Part shown: in pieces, positions 37,857-48,304 of the stretch | Numbering within the stretch: position 1 is the first letter of the stretch | Layout: each line of letters begins with the position of its first letter | Source of the DNA: an uncultured virus (IMG/VR IMGVR_UViG_3300008070_000002) | Taxonomy: Duplodnaviria > Heunggongvirae > Uroviricota > Caudoviricetes | IMG/VR virus record: IMGVR_UViG_3300008070_000002 | Location: 1 to 64,000 of that record | Reading direction: 5' to 3' (one strand) | DNA: 64,000 nt | Made by a program: the position numbers and the translations under genes | Notes under the pieces: model-generated | Seen by the model: the letters and a program-made list of their open reading frames with translations, nothing else | Told to the model about the DNA's origin: nothing | Database searches by the model: none

Positions 37857-40771
37857 TGCCAAACAAGGTGCGTGATATCGTTGATGATATCAACTCCTAC
37901 ATATACAATCCAGTGGCGATATTCGAGCGTGTGCTCGATACTGCACGCTCGGTTGTTATTGATGGAGAAAACTTAGATTTTGCCGAGCCATCAGGACCAT
38001 TACCGTTTCTATTGGAAGGGGCAATCTCGGTAACCACTGCTGCCATTGAAAACGATGAAGCCTGCTGTCGTCGCTCATATCCAGCTATGGCTACTGAATT
38101 GGATGAGCTGTATGGTCATATGTCTGATGAGGATTACTACGATCGTTTTGGTATTCCAGCACCAGAAACATTTACCATGATCATCGGGTTGCAGGAATTG
38201 AAGAACCGTGCGGTACCGCCAAACGGATCCGGTATTCGCCGATTAGTTATCCCACGTGAAACCGAATGGAAAGTGGGTGGCTATAGTTTCTCTATTCAGT
38301 ATCCGATTGAGTTACGTGTTATGCCGCATGGGGCTGTGCAGGTTCTGTACGATACTTCAGAGCGCTCACCAATTCGTGACCTGTCCAATAATACATTGGA
38401 CTGGACTGTAAATACCATCAATTTTGGTGGCGTAGGTCTGGAGTATTTGGTAATTCAAATACCTACGATGCAGTACACAACTAAGTCGTCTACGGTTGCA
38501 ATCACCAGCGGGATTGCCTTTAACGAAAATATTGGTTTCGATGACCAATTCTTCTTAGCGCGAGTATGGAACCGTGTTAATGGCGTTTGGAAAGAAATTC
38601 AAACCACGCATAGTACGGAAGTGCTTGATCCGTTGACCCCTACTTTCCAGCTAGCGGTTGGGGACGGGACGCTGAACGTTAAGCTGTCTGACGTATATGT
38701 ACGCAGTGGTTTAATCAAAGGCGATGTGCGAATCGATATTTACACCACACGTGGGAAAATCGATTTGGATTTGCGTTCTTATTACGATACTGAATTTGAA
38801 GTTACCTACCGTGACTTTAATGGTATTACCGACAGTGCGTTTATCGAGCCACTGCGCATCATCACCGATATGCGCTACTGGTGTGCTGAGTATATCCAAG
38901 GTGGACGTAATGCACTAACCTTTACCGAACTGCGTGACCGCGTTATTGATAACAAAACCGGTTCTCTTAAGAAACCAATCTCAGCTGGTCAGCTCTCTGC
39001 TAATATGAGCGATTTGGGCTACACCACGTTGAAGTCGATTGATTATGTTACCAAGCGTATTTATCATGCTTCTACGCCAATGCCAGACACCACGTTAAGC
39101 GAGGTTAGCACGCCAATTGGCACGATGAATGGTATACTGCAAACATCGTATTTCGATTTAGCGAAGTTGCCAACCGTGTACAACAACGGTGACCGCATGA
39201 CCATCTCCCCGAATACGTTATACGTAGAAAGGGATGGGATGATCTACTTTGCTGACGACAGCTTAGACGGGTTTAATGGATTACCGTTGGTCAATCGGAT
39301 TGCGGCATTAAACAACAACCGATATCTACACACACCGTTTTATTACGTGCTGGATGTTAACTCGGATGTGTTTGAAGCAAGACCGTACCATTTAAGTGAT
39401 CCAAAGATCTCCGGCAAACGCTTTGTCGATACGAACGCCACCATGCAGTTGGATGTCGGGGTCGGCAGTTATAGCATTGAACTACATCCGGAAGGTTACC
39501 AACTGCTGCTGGTAACACGCAGTACGGATGTCTACCAAACACTACCCGAAGCTATGTGTGGCTGCCAGATCAGTTATGTGCCACGCGGTTACACCACGCA
39601 GGTTGCTTATCTGAACGGTGAGTTTGTTGGCTGGAAAGATCAAGAACGGGTTTTCCGGTTTATCATCAAAACCAACATGGACCTAGACCGTAACCATGAC
39701 ATTATTGTTTCTAATTTTATCATGGGGCAGGATGATCCGAATCCAATGGCGCTGATGCTAGACGTAGAGATGAACGTTATCTTCTACACCAGCGGTTACA
39801 CAATCGATGGCTACAGCAAAATCGATGCCGATGCAATCGTTCATGACACGGCCCCTGGCGGTAACATCATGGCGATTACGCATGAAACTATGCAGTTTAA
39901 TTTAGGTAAATACCTAAAAACACTGTGGGCTAATGCGCGGACCATCGCTTCACCAATGGAATACGTTCGTTACGATAAGGACGTTTATGCAACTTACACC
40001 AAAGACGTGTACGAAATTGATGCCACAACAAAACTGCCAGTGATTATTACGGGTTCAGGTGGTGTGAAATCATTGAAGTATATTCATCGTGTAGGTGATA
40101 CCATCTTGGTAAACGGTAAACCAATGGTGTTGCATAACGCAGGTGATGTGATGTATGTGGACGGTCAGCCGGTGCTGAAAGAACCGCGTAAGTTACAGCG
40201 TCGTGTAGAACTGTTCTTGTTTGATGCGCGCTACAGTGTCGCGAACACAGATGAAGTTAAAACGTATTACAACACGGTATTAAACTTCATTCTAAAAGGG
40301 GTGCTGGAAGACTTACCAACCGCTGCTGCAGAATTGCTGGAGCAAACCGAAATGTTCTACTACCCAATTAACACGTTGGGTTATGTGGACGTTCGGCTGG
40401 GTGATAACTCACTGGCTAATATGGACGCTGAGTTATCCTTCAACGTTACGTATTACGTAACGGACGCAGTACGTAAGAACACGGCGCTACTTAAAGCATT
40501 GTCTTCAATGACTCGATCAACTATTGCTGAATATCTGAAAAACCGGACATGCACGGTAGCGGGGATTGTATCTGCACTGCGGGAAAAAGCGGGGGATGAT
40601 ATCATCGATGTGGAAATGGAGAAGATTGGAGATAACCGCGATCAGAGCATCATGACACTGCGTCGTGATAACGATTGCTTTACACTTGGTAAGAAAGTCG
40701 CTGCAACGCCGGATGGTAGCATCACCATTCGTGATGACATCAGTATTACTTACACAAAACACGTGGCATAA
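37856..40771 (+). CDS. Large virion structural protein, possibly baseplate wedge (phiKZ gp87 position)
   Basis: 971 aa. LYGHMSD.DY, YTTRG and GGRN.L.F.ELR.RVI motifs. Confidence 0.72.
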   Translation: MPNKVRDIVDDINSYIYNPVAIFERVLDTARSVVIDGENLDFAEPSGPLPFLLEGAISVTTAAIENDEACCRRSYPAMATELDELYGHMSDEDYYDRFGIPAPETFTMIIGLQELKNRAVPPNGSGIRRLVIPRETEWKVGGYSFSIQYPIELRVMPHGAVQVLYDTSERSPIRDLSNNTLDWTVNTINFGGVGLEYLVIQIPTMQYTTKSSTVAITSGIAFNENIGFDDQFFLARVWNRVNGVWKEIQTTHSTEVLDPLTPTFQLAVGDGTLNVKLSDVYVRSGLIKGDVRIDIYTTRGKIDLDLRSYYDTEFEVTYRDFNGITDSAFIEPLRIITDMRYWCAEYIQGGRNALTFTELRDRVIDNKTGSLKKPISAGQLSANMSDLGYTTLKSIDYVTKRIYHASTPMPDTTLSEVSTPIGTMNGILQTSYFDLAKLPTVYNNGDRMTISPNTLYVERDGMIYFADDSLDGFNGLPLVNRIAALNNNRYLHTPFYYVLDVNSDVFEARPYHLSDPKISGKRFVDTNATMQLDVGVGSYSIELHPEGYQLLLVTRSTDVYQTLPEAMCGCQISYVPRGYTTQVAYLNGEFVGWKDQERVFRFIIKTNMDLDRNHDIIVSNFIMGQDDPNPMALMLDVEMNVIFYTSGYTIDGYSKIDADAIVHDTAPGGNIMAITHETMQFNLGKYLKTLWANARTIASPMEYVRYDKDVYATYTKDVYEIDATTKLPVIITGSGGVKSLKYIHRVGDTILVNGKPMVLHNAGDVMYVDGQPVLKEPRKLQRRVELFLFDARYSVANTDEVKTYYNTVLNFILKGVLEDLPTAAAELLEQTEMFYYPINTLGYVDVRLGDNSLANMDAELSFNVTYYVTDAVRKNTALLKALSSMTRSTIAEYLKNRTCTVAGIVSALREKAGDDIIDVEMEKIGDNRDQSIMTLRRDNDCFTLGKKVAATPDGSITIRDDISITYTKHVA

Positions 40772-40803
40772 GACTCCAGGGTGGCTTGCGCCACCCTGGG
40801 TTC
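40766..40803. terminator. Hairpin between convergent genes
   Basis: CCAGGGTGGC-TTGC-GCCACCCTGG. Confidence 0.75.
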
Positions 40804-42437
40804 TATTCTACCAATGACTTTAACATCCGGTACCGCTGCGCTACTCGCGCATATAGCACTTTCACACTACGAATCCCTTCCGCATAATCTTTCGTGTATC
40901 GAAGTACACGTTCTGTCAATTTACCCCAATTAATCCGATCAGCCTCAGCACCACGAATATAGTCAGGGAAATGACGTCCTAACGTACCATCGTAGAACGC
41001 ATCATACAGCGTTGGGATGTTATCCTTAGATAACCCATTAATATCACGCAGCAATCGCTCTAAACGCTTACAGCGGTCTACCATCTGGTCTATCTCGTGA
41101 CGTGCGCCGCCAAAGATCTTCGATAACGCTTCTCGCTGTTTATCAGAGCTTGAAATAAAGCGCCCTATTTCTTTCGGATCGAAAATATTCAGTACAATAC
41201 TTCTGGCTTTCATATCACCGAAGTTCATACTGGACTCATCGATCTTTAGAGAAAACACACCAAGATTATCGTACCGATTAAAACCACTCCCCCACCAGTA
41301 TTCTTCCCCATGTGGGCCTTTTATCTTAAGTTCTTTCTGAGTGCGGCCATTGAGTTCGGTATTTCCGTACTCATGGTTCATCTCTTCTTGAACGCGACGT
41401 AAGCCGTCGGCGGTAATGCTTTCATCCATTTCGCCGTTCGGGTCAATCATGAACGGTAGAATACTATCCATCGCTTTATTGAAACCGAAGGTACGGTCCA
41501 TAAAGTTTGGCATGTCAGTATTAAATGGTGCCAGGGCACGTTGGACAGCCGCCATTGCTAAGGAACGGTTTTCATCAGGGGTACGGTCGCGATTGCGCAT
41601 ATGCGTTTTGGCTGCGTCTGACGCCTCTTTACTAACCCCAATTAGCTCTTCCAGTGTTTTAAGCGTATCGTCAACGTAACGAATGCCTGCAGCATATCGA
41701 CTTACGTCCTGCAAGAATGCGGGGGTGTAAGTTTGGCTCTTTCTCGTATCATGCAAATCAAAAGCAAGACTGGAAAGTGCTACCCGGGCATTGGGTTTAT
41801 TTAGAAGTAACTTAAATAAAATCCCCAACGCCTCTTCTTGATTAGCTACATTGTACGACTTACTGGAATAAGTCAGCATTGCATTCATTGCTTCCAATGC
41901 TTCTTCACTAGAGAGCTTATGTTGGGCAACCATATCGCTTAGACGCTGTGCATGTGGTTTAAGTTGATCTGGAATCGCTTTGTTAAACTTAAGCAATACA
42001 GTAGCAGGCTCGGTATTACGCAGCGCACTTACCTCATCGCGCAGTTGGTCACGAATATCTTCAACCTTCTGCTTGACTTCAACTGCATTACCACCGCCTT
42101 TACTTGGCACATCCAATCCTAACATGAACTGCAGGATTTTGGCCAAGATCCCAACGATCAATAGCCCCAAAACACCTGCCCCGATTTTCATTTTCCAATC
42201 GAGTGCTTCTAGCGCTACCTTCTGATACGCTGTGGTCGGTGCTTGGGTTAGCTTACGCAAATCAAAGCGCTCAGTCACGTCAGGCGCGATGTGTTCTAAC
42301 CCAACACCGATGGAATGCGACATACCTTGTTCGATGATCTGGTTACGATAAACCTGTAAGGACGCCAAGGTGGCGTCCAGTTTACGTACTTTCGCAAGAT
42401 CATCCCCGATCTCTTGATCGATCTGATCTAACTCCAT
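40803..42437 (-). CDS. Putative processed head/ejection protein
   Basis: 544 aa. VGLE and VALE sites followed by the hydrophobic helix IGAGVLGLLIVGILAKIL. Confidence 0.7.
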   Translation of the reverse strand: MELDQIDQEIGDDLAKVRKLDATLASLQVYRNQIIEQGMSHSIGVGLEHIAPDVTERFDLRKLTQAPTTAYQKVALEALDWKMKIGAGVLGLLIVGILAKILQFMLGLDVPSKGGGNAVEVKQKVEDIRDQLRDEVSALRNTEPATVLLKFNKAIPDQLKPHAQRLSDMVAQHKLSSEEALEAMNAMLTYSSKSYNVANQEEALGILFKLLLNKPNARVALSSLAFDLHDTRKSQTYTPAFLQDVSRYAAGIRYVDDTLKTLEELIGVSKEASDAAKTHMRNRDRTPDENRSLAMAAVQRALAPFNTDMPNFMDRTFGFNKAMDSILPFMIDPNGEMDESITADGLRRVQEEMNHEYGNTELNGRTQKELKIKGPHGEEYWWGSGFNRYDNLGVFSLKIDESSMNFGDMKARSIVLNIFDPKEIGRFISSSDKQREALSKIFGGARHEIDQMVDRCKRLERLLRDINGLSKDNIPTLYDAFYDGTLGRHFPDYIRGAEADRINWGKLTERVLRYTKDYAEGIRSVKVLYARVAQRYRMLKSLVE

Positions 42438-42439
42438 AG

Positions 42440-42847
42440 TTACACCCCACGTGCAATATGCGCAGCAGCCGCTTGCTGGAACTGCTCTACCCAGTTATTG
42501 TATTCCTGGATCAACGCTTCCTTAAATGGAGACGATGGCTCCAGGTGCGGTTCAAAACTAAAACGAATAGGGGAGTTTAGGATATTGTAACGCGCTACCC
42601 ACTGATCACGTACCAGGTTTAATACCCAGTCAGTATTAACGACAAAGCACTCGTTTACAGCTGAAATAACTTTCATAGCCACAGGCATTACAGTGCGACG
42701 GTATTCCGCCAATGCAGCATCTGCAGGACCTTGTGGAACTGGGCAGCCGTATGCGATACCAGCAGCAGTCAAATACTGAACTAGTTCTTGACGATCTTGT
42801 AGTGTAACAACAGTGCGATTTTGGAAAGCACGGAGAATTTGACGCAT
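42440..42847 (-). CDS. Putative virion protein (phiKZ gp85 position)
   Basis: 135 aa, in the head-protein operon. Confidence 0.7.
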   Translation of the reverse strand: MRQILRAFQNRTVVTLQDRQELVQYLTAAGIAYGCPVPQGPADAALAEYRRTVMPVAMKVISAVNECFVVNTDWVLNLVRDQWVARYNILNSPIRFSFEPHLEPSSPFKEALIQEYNNWVEQFQQAAAAHIARGV

Positions 42848-42849
42848 GA

Positions 42850-44109
42850 TTACATCCCTTCTAATTTAGCAGCTGACACGTAAAGCTCGTTGGAAGCCAA
42901 ACGTTCTATGGTTTGTTGGAAAGCCATTTTGGCTTCGCTGGAACGACCCGATGGAACAATATATTTCCATACCGCTTCCAGCCATGGTGTTTTTGGTGAC
43001 ATTTCATCGCACATTGCTTCGATCTTCGCCAGGTCTTTTACTAACCCGGCTCGCTGTTCTTTGGACATATCCAATTTCAGCTGACCGATCATTTCGCGGC
43101 GAATACGCTGCAAACGCTGCTGTGGATCATCGTACGCTTTATCAAGCGGACGGGCAGCCAGCAAAGTAATCGCCATCAGAATACCTACCACTGGGTTTAT
43201 TACTGGCATCGATACATGGTAACCGATACTCAGTACCTGTAGCATGATGTGCATTGGCCATGAGCGGTAAGTGGTACCCATGAACGATTTACGTTCAATG
43301 CGAGCCAGTGCGGTTGCCAGCTCCAAACCTGCACCCATACGAGTAGCGTATTGGTCAGAAGCAAACTCAAAACCACGATAGGAGTAAGTTTCATCACCTT
43401 CCACGTTACGACGGTTACGCAGTGTTGTAGCCACAATGTGAGTATAGATAACCTCACGGTTTGTTTCATCGACGATGGTTTCGAGGTCTTTAGCTGGCGT
43501 TTCTAACTCCTCGGCACATTCGTGAATTAGTTTAATGCGCTCCTGCGGGGTATTCATACCCATCAAACGCCACGATACCGTGTGGGCTGCAATATTACAG
43601 CTGGCAACATCACGCAGTGATTCGTATAGCGACCAGATGTGGCCTAGCTCGTGAGCCACGATTGCAGCGATTTCACTATCGGGGAAGTCCTTATCTTCCA
43701 TCAACCCGGCAGTAATATAAACAGGCACTACGATTTTACAAAAGTCGCCGTAGACGCGACCTTTAGAGAAATCAAGCATACCAACGATTGCATCGCCCAG
43801 AACTTTGTTCAGCTTACGCAAATCGTTATTCGTTGCCGTTGCTCGAATCATCTTGTTAAGAATAGGGTTGTTCTTATCAAGTTGTGGGAACTCAACGAAC
43901 GCATTCGGGATTGGATAAGCAGCGATATCAATAATGGTTGAAATACCGGTATATTCGGAAATAGCGGCAGATAATGCTTGAGCAAAACTGCTACCATTTT
44001 CGTACTTTTTACTTTCACGCCACTCGCCAATAATTTTAGCCATGGCGGTAACTAAGTCTTTGGATTGGTAATCGATAGCTTCCAACCCAACTAGTAAAGA
44101 TCTTCTCAT
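42850..44109 (-). CDS. Virion protein with an M48-like zinc metallopeptidase motif (phiKZ gp84 position)
   Basis: N-terminal VGLE/AIDYQ, then EIAAIVAHELGH, FEFASDQYA and hydrophobic helices. Confidence 0.72.
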   Translation of the reverse strand: MRRSLLVGLEAIDYQSKDLVTAMAKIIGEWRESKKYENGSSFAQALSAAISEYTGISTIIDIAAYPIPNAFVEFPQLDKNNPILNKMIRATATNNDLRKLNKVLGDAIVGMLDFSKGRVYGDFCKIVVPVYITAGLMEDKDFPDSEIAAIVAHELGHIWSLYESLRDVASCNIAAHTVSWRLMGMNTPQERIKLIHECAEELETPAKDLETIVDETNREVIYTHIVATTLRNRRNVEGDETYSYRGFEFASDQYATRMGAGLELATALARIERKSFMGTTYRSWPMHIMLQVLSIGYHVSMPVINPVVGILMAITLLAARPLDKAYDDPQQRLQRIRREMIGQLKLDMSKEQRAGLVKDLAKIEAMCDEMSPKTPWLEAVWKYIVPSGRSSEAKMAFQQTIERLASNELYVSAAKLEGM

Positions 44110-45392
44110 GACTTCTTCCCAGCGTATTTATGTAATGAATTAGAAATCTGCTCATTGCAGATAGCCCAGCGTTCCAGCGACGCTTTTAAGGTGCGGCATA
44201 AGCTACGCATGCGGGTTGCACGCACCAAGCCTTTATGGATTTCGCGAACGTCATCGGCTAGTTTAGCGTCCTTGATCTTCTCTGATGCGCGGCGTGCTAC
44301 ATCAGGATCCAGTTTCTCAGATTCCTTTCCGCTGGCATCAACGAATTCACTTGGTAAGCGAATCACTTCAAGCAGGGCTTTAAGGTCGTTCTGCCAAAAG
44401 TGTGTAGGACCATCGTTAAGCAGAAATGCCTCAACCGGTTTGGCTTCTTGAGTATTTGGTAGGATTGGACCCTTCCAACAAACACGTTTACCACCTACCG
44501 GGATATTGCCATTTTCCATGGCACTAATCAGCTTACCAACCGCTGGCTTAACCCCACCGTGGTTCTTAAGGCCGGTAACAGCATCTTTGAACTTCTGCAG
44601 GTTAGCGTCAGTTGGTGACATAGAATAATCAAACATCGCATCTGCCGCGATATAATAAGCACGGCTGTAAGCAATAAGTTCTTTAAAGAACGAGTTATCC
44701 ATTTTATATTCGCTGATTGCACCAAGCACTGCAGCAACACCGCCTTGGTATGCAAAATGCACTGCAACCAATGGGTGCTCTGTTGTTAACTTTGACTTAT
44801 TAGCCAGATCCATGATTTCTTTGGCTTCTTTCTCAGAGGCCGATTTAGCGCAGTATTGGTAAATCTGACGGAGGGTTATTTTCGTCTTACCGTCTTTATC
44901 CCGCAAGTATGGCTTAAGATCAAACCCTTTTTCTTTACCAGCTGGTGTATCCGCAGGCTCCGGTTCTTTCTCTGCTTTCTTGGCAGCTGCGTCCAATGCA
45001 TCTTCTGCTTTCTTGGCAGATTCCCCACCACCGTCTGGCAGTTCTTCATCGTCTTTGTCGCTGGATAGAATACCTGCAAACCACTTGTACAGTTTATAGA
45101 TACCCATGGCTAGCATACCGGCGGCAGCAACACCCAATCCACCGGCTACCAGGCCGGAGGTTTGTTCATCCATCCCGAAGGCTTCCATCGCTACGACACG
45201 TTTAATATTACTATGCTGTTGCGATAACATTTTAGGGTCGATGTCTTTAAATAAACCAGGGTGAATAGACTCACCGCGGTCATAAACGTCACGACTAAAA
45301 CCCACCTGATGAATCTCACGTAAAAGGGGAATAAGTTCAGGTTTCGTTTCTACTAGTGACACTTGGGGTTCTTGAAAATCGAACTCATCCAT
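44106..45392 (-). CDS. Putative processed head/ejection protein
   Basis: 428 aa, VAME site followed by a Gly/Ala hydrophobic helix. Same architecture as 40803..42437. Confidence 0.7.
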   Translation of the reverse strand: MDEFDFQEPQVSLVETKPELIPLLREIHQVGFSRDVYDRGESIHPGLFKDIDPKMLSQQHSNIKRVVAMEAFGMDEQTSGLVAGGLGVAAAGMLAMGIYKLYKWFAGILSSDKDDEELPDGGGESAKKAEDALDAAAKKAEKEPEPADTPAGKEKGFDLKPYLRDKDGKTKITLRQIYQYCAKSASEKEAKEIMDLANKSKLTTEHPLVAVHFAYQGGVAAVLGAISEYKMDNSFFKELIAYSRAYYIAADAMFDYSMSPTDANLQKFKDAVTGLKNHGGVKPAVGKLISAMENGNIPVGGKRVCWKGPILPNTQEAKPVEAFLLNDGPTHFWQNDLKALLEVIRLPSEFVDASGKESEKLDPDVARRASEKIKDAKLADDVREIHKGLVRATRMRSLCRTLKASLERWAICNEQISNSLHKYAGKKS

Positions 45393-45455
45393 CGCAATCT
45401 CCGTTAAAGTTTACAGGTCGGTTAATAATGTGTAGCCTTATTTTAGAGAGCAATC

Positions 45456-46885
45456 ATGAAACCCAATTTAAGTCCAGAGAATATCCTCGGAATCGAGTGT
45501 AAACACGTGGCCTACCAGGCTGCAACTGATGGCTCCCTGAACGATTTACTTGTTGTTAAGGAAGTCGTTCATACAAAAGATGGTGGTTATGTTCATCGCA
45601 TCAAGCAGTACGAGAACTGGAAACGTCCGTTCTATATAACGATGCCACACCACCGTAACCACAGTGACAAAAAAGAATACGAAGAACTCAGTAAACTACA
45701 GCGTTACGAGTCAACTGACGTTTGTTTATCTGCACAGATACAGATGGCTTTAGGGCGACGTTTCCCTAACCCGAATCTGGAGCTAAGAAGAGCTTGTGAT
45801 TCGCCTTATGTTTATTACGCCGACATCACCGCACCAACACTTTTAAAGCATTACTATCGGAAGAAATGGCCTGATTTAGTCAGCGCTAACCGTGTTGCGG
45901 TATTGGATACCGAACGGGATGTTATCTTTGGTACCGAAGAAACGGTTCTAACGACCGTCACTATGGGTGATAAGAAAGTAGTTGGTGTCGTAAAATGGTG
46001 GGCTGACCGCATTCCAAATCTAGCGGAAGTAATCAACGCTAAGTACGCTGAATACTTAAGTGATATCGAAGTTAACCGACTGGTTAAAGATCCCGTTAGC
46101 GGTAAAGTCAAAAAGAAAAAGGTGCGTGTTAATCTGGTAGAAGAACGCGGTGCTAATATTGAAATTGTAGTGCGTGAAAACGCGGGGCTTTGTATACAAG
46201 CGGTAATGCGAAGAGCACACGAATGGATGCCTGATTTACTCGCTATTTGGAACATGAACTACGATATCAAAGAAATCGTGAAGATGTTGGGGAAGGCCAA
46301 TATCGACCCAGCGGAAGTGTTCAGCGACCCGGCTGTACCAGAGCAGTATCGGTACTTCCGATACAAAGAAGCCAAAGCACAGCGAGAGACTATCTCTAAA
46401 ACCATCTCACAAAACCCAGCGGATTTGTGGCACGTGGTATCGTGTCCGGCTGGCTTTTATATCGTGGATGCCATGTGTCTATTTAAGAAGATACGTGTGG
46501 CTTCTGGTAACGAGCCAAGTTATAGTTTAGATAGTATACTGAAACGGCACTTGGGTATCGGTAAGCTTAAGTTTAAAGAAGCTGACCAACATACTGGGTT
46601 GGCATGGCACCGCTTCATGCAGGAGAAATATCCAGCAGAATACGTTATCTATAACATCTTCGACTGTGTGTCCATCGAACTGTTAGATGAATTAACTGGT
46701 GATATGTCCTCTGCGATTAGTACGCTTGCGAATATCAGTGAGTTTAGAATATTCCCATCGTTACCTAAGCGACTGGTAGATATCTTACACGTCTTTTATG
46801 AAGAACGTGGGAAGATTGCCGGTACTGCAGGTAGCCAAGTTATTACTGAACTTGACAGTGGGGTAATCTCGTTAAACAACTGGAT
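45456..46885 (+). CDS. Split family B DNA polymerase, exonuclease-containing subunit (phiKZ gp82-like), exon 1
   Basis: ExoI LDTE, ExoII WNMNYD and ExoIII YNIFDC motifs. Interrupted by a group I intron after TGG AT. Confidence 0.85.
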
Positions 46886-47309
46886 TAATTTTACGGTCCC
46901 TTCCACGTGTGAACGTGGTCGATCACATGCTTAATTGCTGGAAGCCACTAAGGCCTAATAACCACTGCATTAAGGAAACTTAATGTCACGGTGGAGAAAT
47001 CCGGAAACAATATTAGGATGCCCTATGCTTAAATGGGTGCTCGCTGTGAAGCGATGCCGCTAAGGGGTAGTACAATGGGTAATCAGCAGCGAAAGGCCTA
47101 AGGACCGCTGGTAAGCGGACTACGGCTAACGTTCAACGACTAAGGGGTAGTGCCCCAGTAGCTACAAGCGTAGCGAAATAGCATGCCCTTCACGGTTAAC
47201 AGCAGATGTTACTTAAGTGAAGGTGATTATATAGTCTCACCATCTGGGCAAAACCCGGAGCAGTACGAAAGTACGGGTATAAGCGTAGCGTCTTATATCG
47301 AAGATTGTG
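46886..47309 (+). ncRNA. Group I self-splicing intron (IA2-like, no ORF), 424 nt
   Basis: P AATTGCTGGAA (46933), Q AATCAGCAG (47081), R GTTCAACGACTA (47131), S TATATAGTCT (47228). P3 CATGCT/AGCATG, P7 GACTA/TAGTC, P1 with a U-G pair, P10 TTACG/CGTAA, terminal G. Confidence 0.93.
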
Positions 47310-47673
47310 CGTAACGCTGCCTGCTTACATGGTACACCGTAATGGGTTGAAGTGTATTGAAGAAGCGCCTAATCTGGAAACCATGTTCCGTAAACAGGTA
47401 TCGGATTCAGATATCCTTCAAGCATATCCAACCGGTCAAGTAATTTCCAATGGCTCTAAAGAAACTACAGCGATTGAGATTATTGAAATCCATGGGGTAT
47501 CTGAAGAAGCACGGCGCCGTGCCGGTATTAACCTCACCGGCGGGCAAACTAATGCTATTGAGTTGTGCTACGATCTGTTAAATGCAACGCCTATCGAAGA
47601 GGTTGGCGACGCCTTTATGGAATTCCTGGATGATTTAGATAAACCACCGTTTGACTTAGACAAGGCAGCATAA
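47310..47673 (+). CDS. DNA polymerase subunit, exon 2
   Basis: Splicing restores ...NNW-I-VTLPAY... Carries the motif A-like DILQAYP. Spliced product is 597 aa. Confidence 0.85.
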
Positions 47674-47674
47674 G

Positions 47675-47712
47675 CTAGAGGAGGCCTTTCGGCCTCCTCT
47701 AGGGTTTTATTA
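47675..47712. terminator. Bidirectional terminator between convergent genes
   Basis: CTAGAGGAGGCC-TTTC-GGCCTCCTCTAG. Confidence 0.85.
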
Positions 47713-48291
47713 TTTCTTAGGGAAATATGCAATGAATGCTTTACGGTTAACATCGACAGTAAAGATTTCACCGATGTAAGCCAGATTGGTTTGATCGTGG
47801 ATGCGTTGCTTGTCATTCAGCTTCGCATACGTCACCATAGTGCCCAGGAACTTAACATAGGCATCACGATCAGCACCAGGTACGCAGTCCATCTGAGAGA
47901 AGATGCGGGTTTCAGCGAATGCACCGGTTTCGTCTTTCTTGATTGCGTCTACGAACAAATCCAGAATCTTGTTCAGGTCAGCACCAGATGAAATCAATGC
48001 AGAACGAATAGCCGCCACCATGGAAGCAACCCCTTTACGCATGGTTGCTTTTTCAGCCTGAGCAGATGCCATACTCTTTGCGTAGTCAGCCAGTTGTGCT
48101 GCAACAACTCGAATGCGCTCAGGGTTAGCACTGCCAGCAGCAGGCGCTGCTGCAAACAGATCAGCAGGAGCAGCAGCAGGTGCTGCGGCAGGGGCAGCAG
48201 CAGGGGCAGCAGCGGTGGTTTGCTCTACAGCAGCTGCACCAGTAGCTGGGGCCACAGTTTCAGCTTGGGTTGGTTTGTTTTGTTCAGCCAT
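47710..48291 (-). CDS. Hypothetical protein with an Ala/Pro-rich N-terminus (phiKZ gp81 position)
   Basis: 193 aa, AAAP repeats, GAF.E...F motif. Confidence 0.8.
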   Translation of the reverse strand: MAEQNKPTQAETVAPATGAAAVEQTTAAAPAAAPAAAPAAAPADLFAAAPAAGSANPERIRVVAAQLADYAKSMASAQAEKATMRKGVASMVAAIRSALISSGADLNKILDLFVDAIKKDETGAFAETRIFSQMDCVPGADRDAYVKFLGTMVTYAKLNDKQRIHDQTNLAYIGEIFTVDVNRKAFIAYFPKK

Positions 48292-48304
48292 TTTTTAACT
48301 TCCC

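Noticed and set aside
46886..47309. Polymerase as a truncated pseudogene plus a separate 122-aa gene
   Set aside because: The gap has a full group I intron core, and splicing restores the frame.
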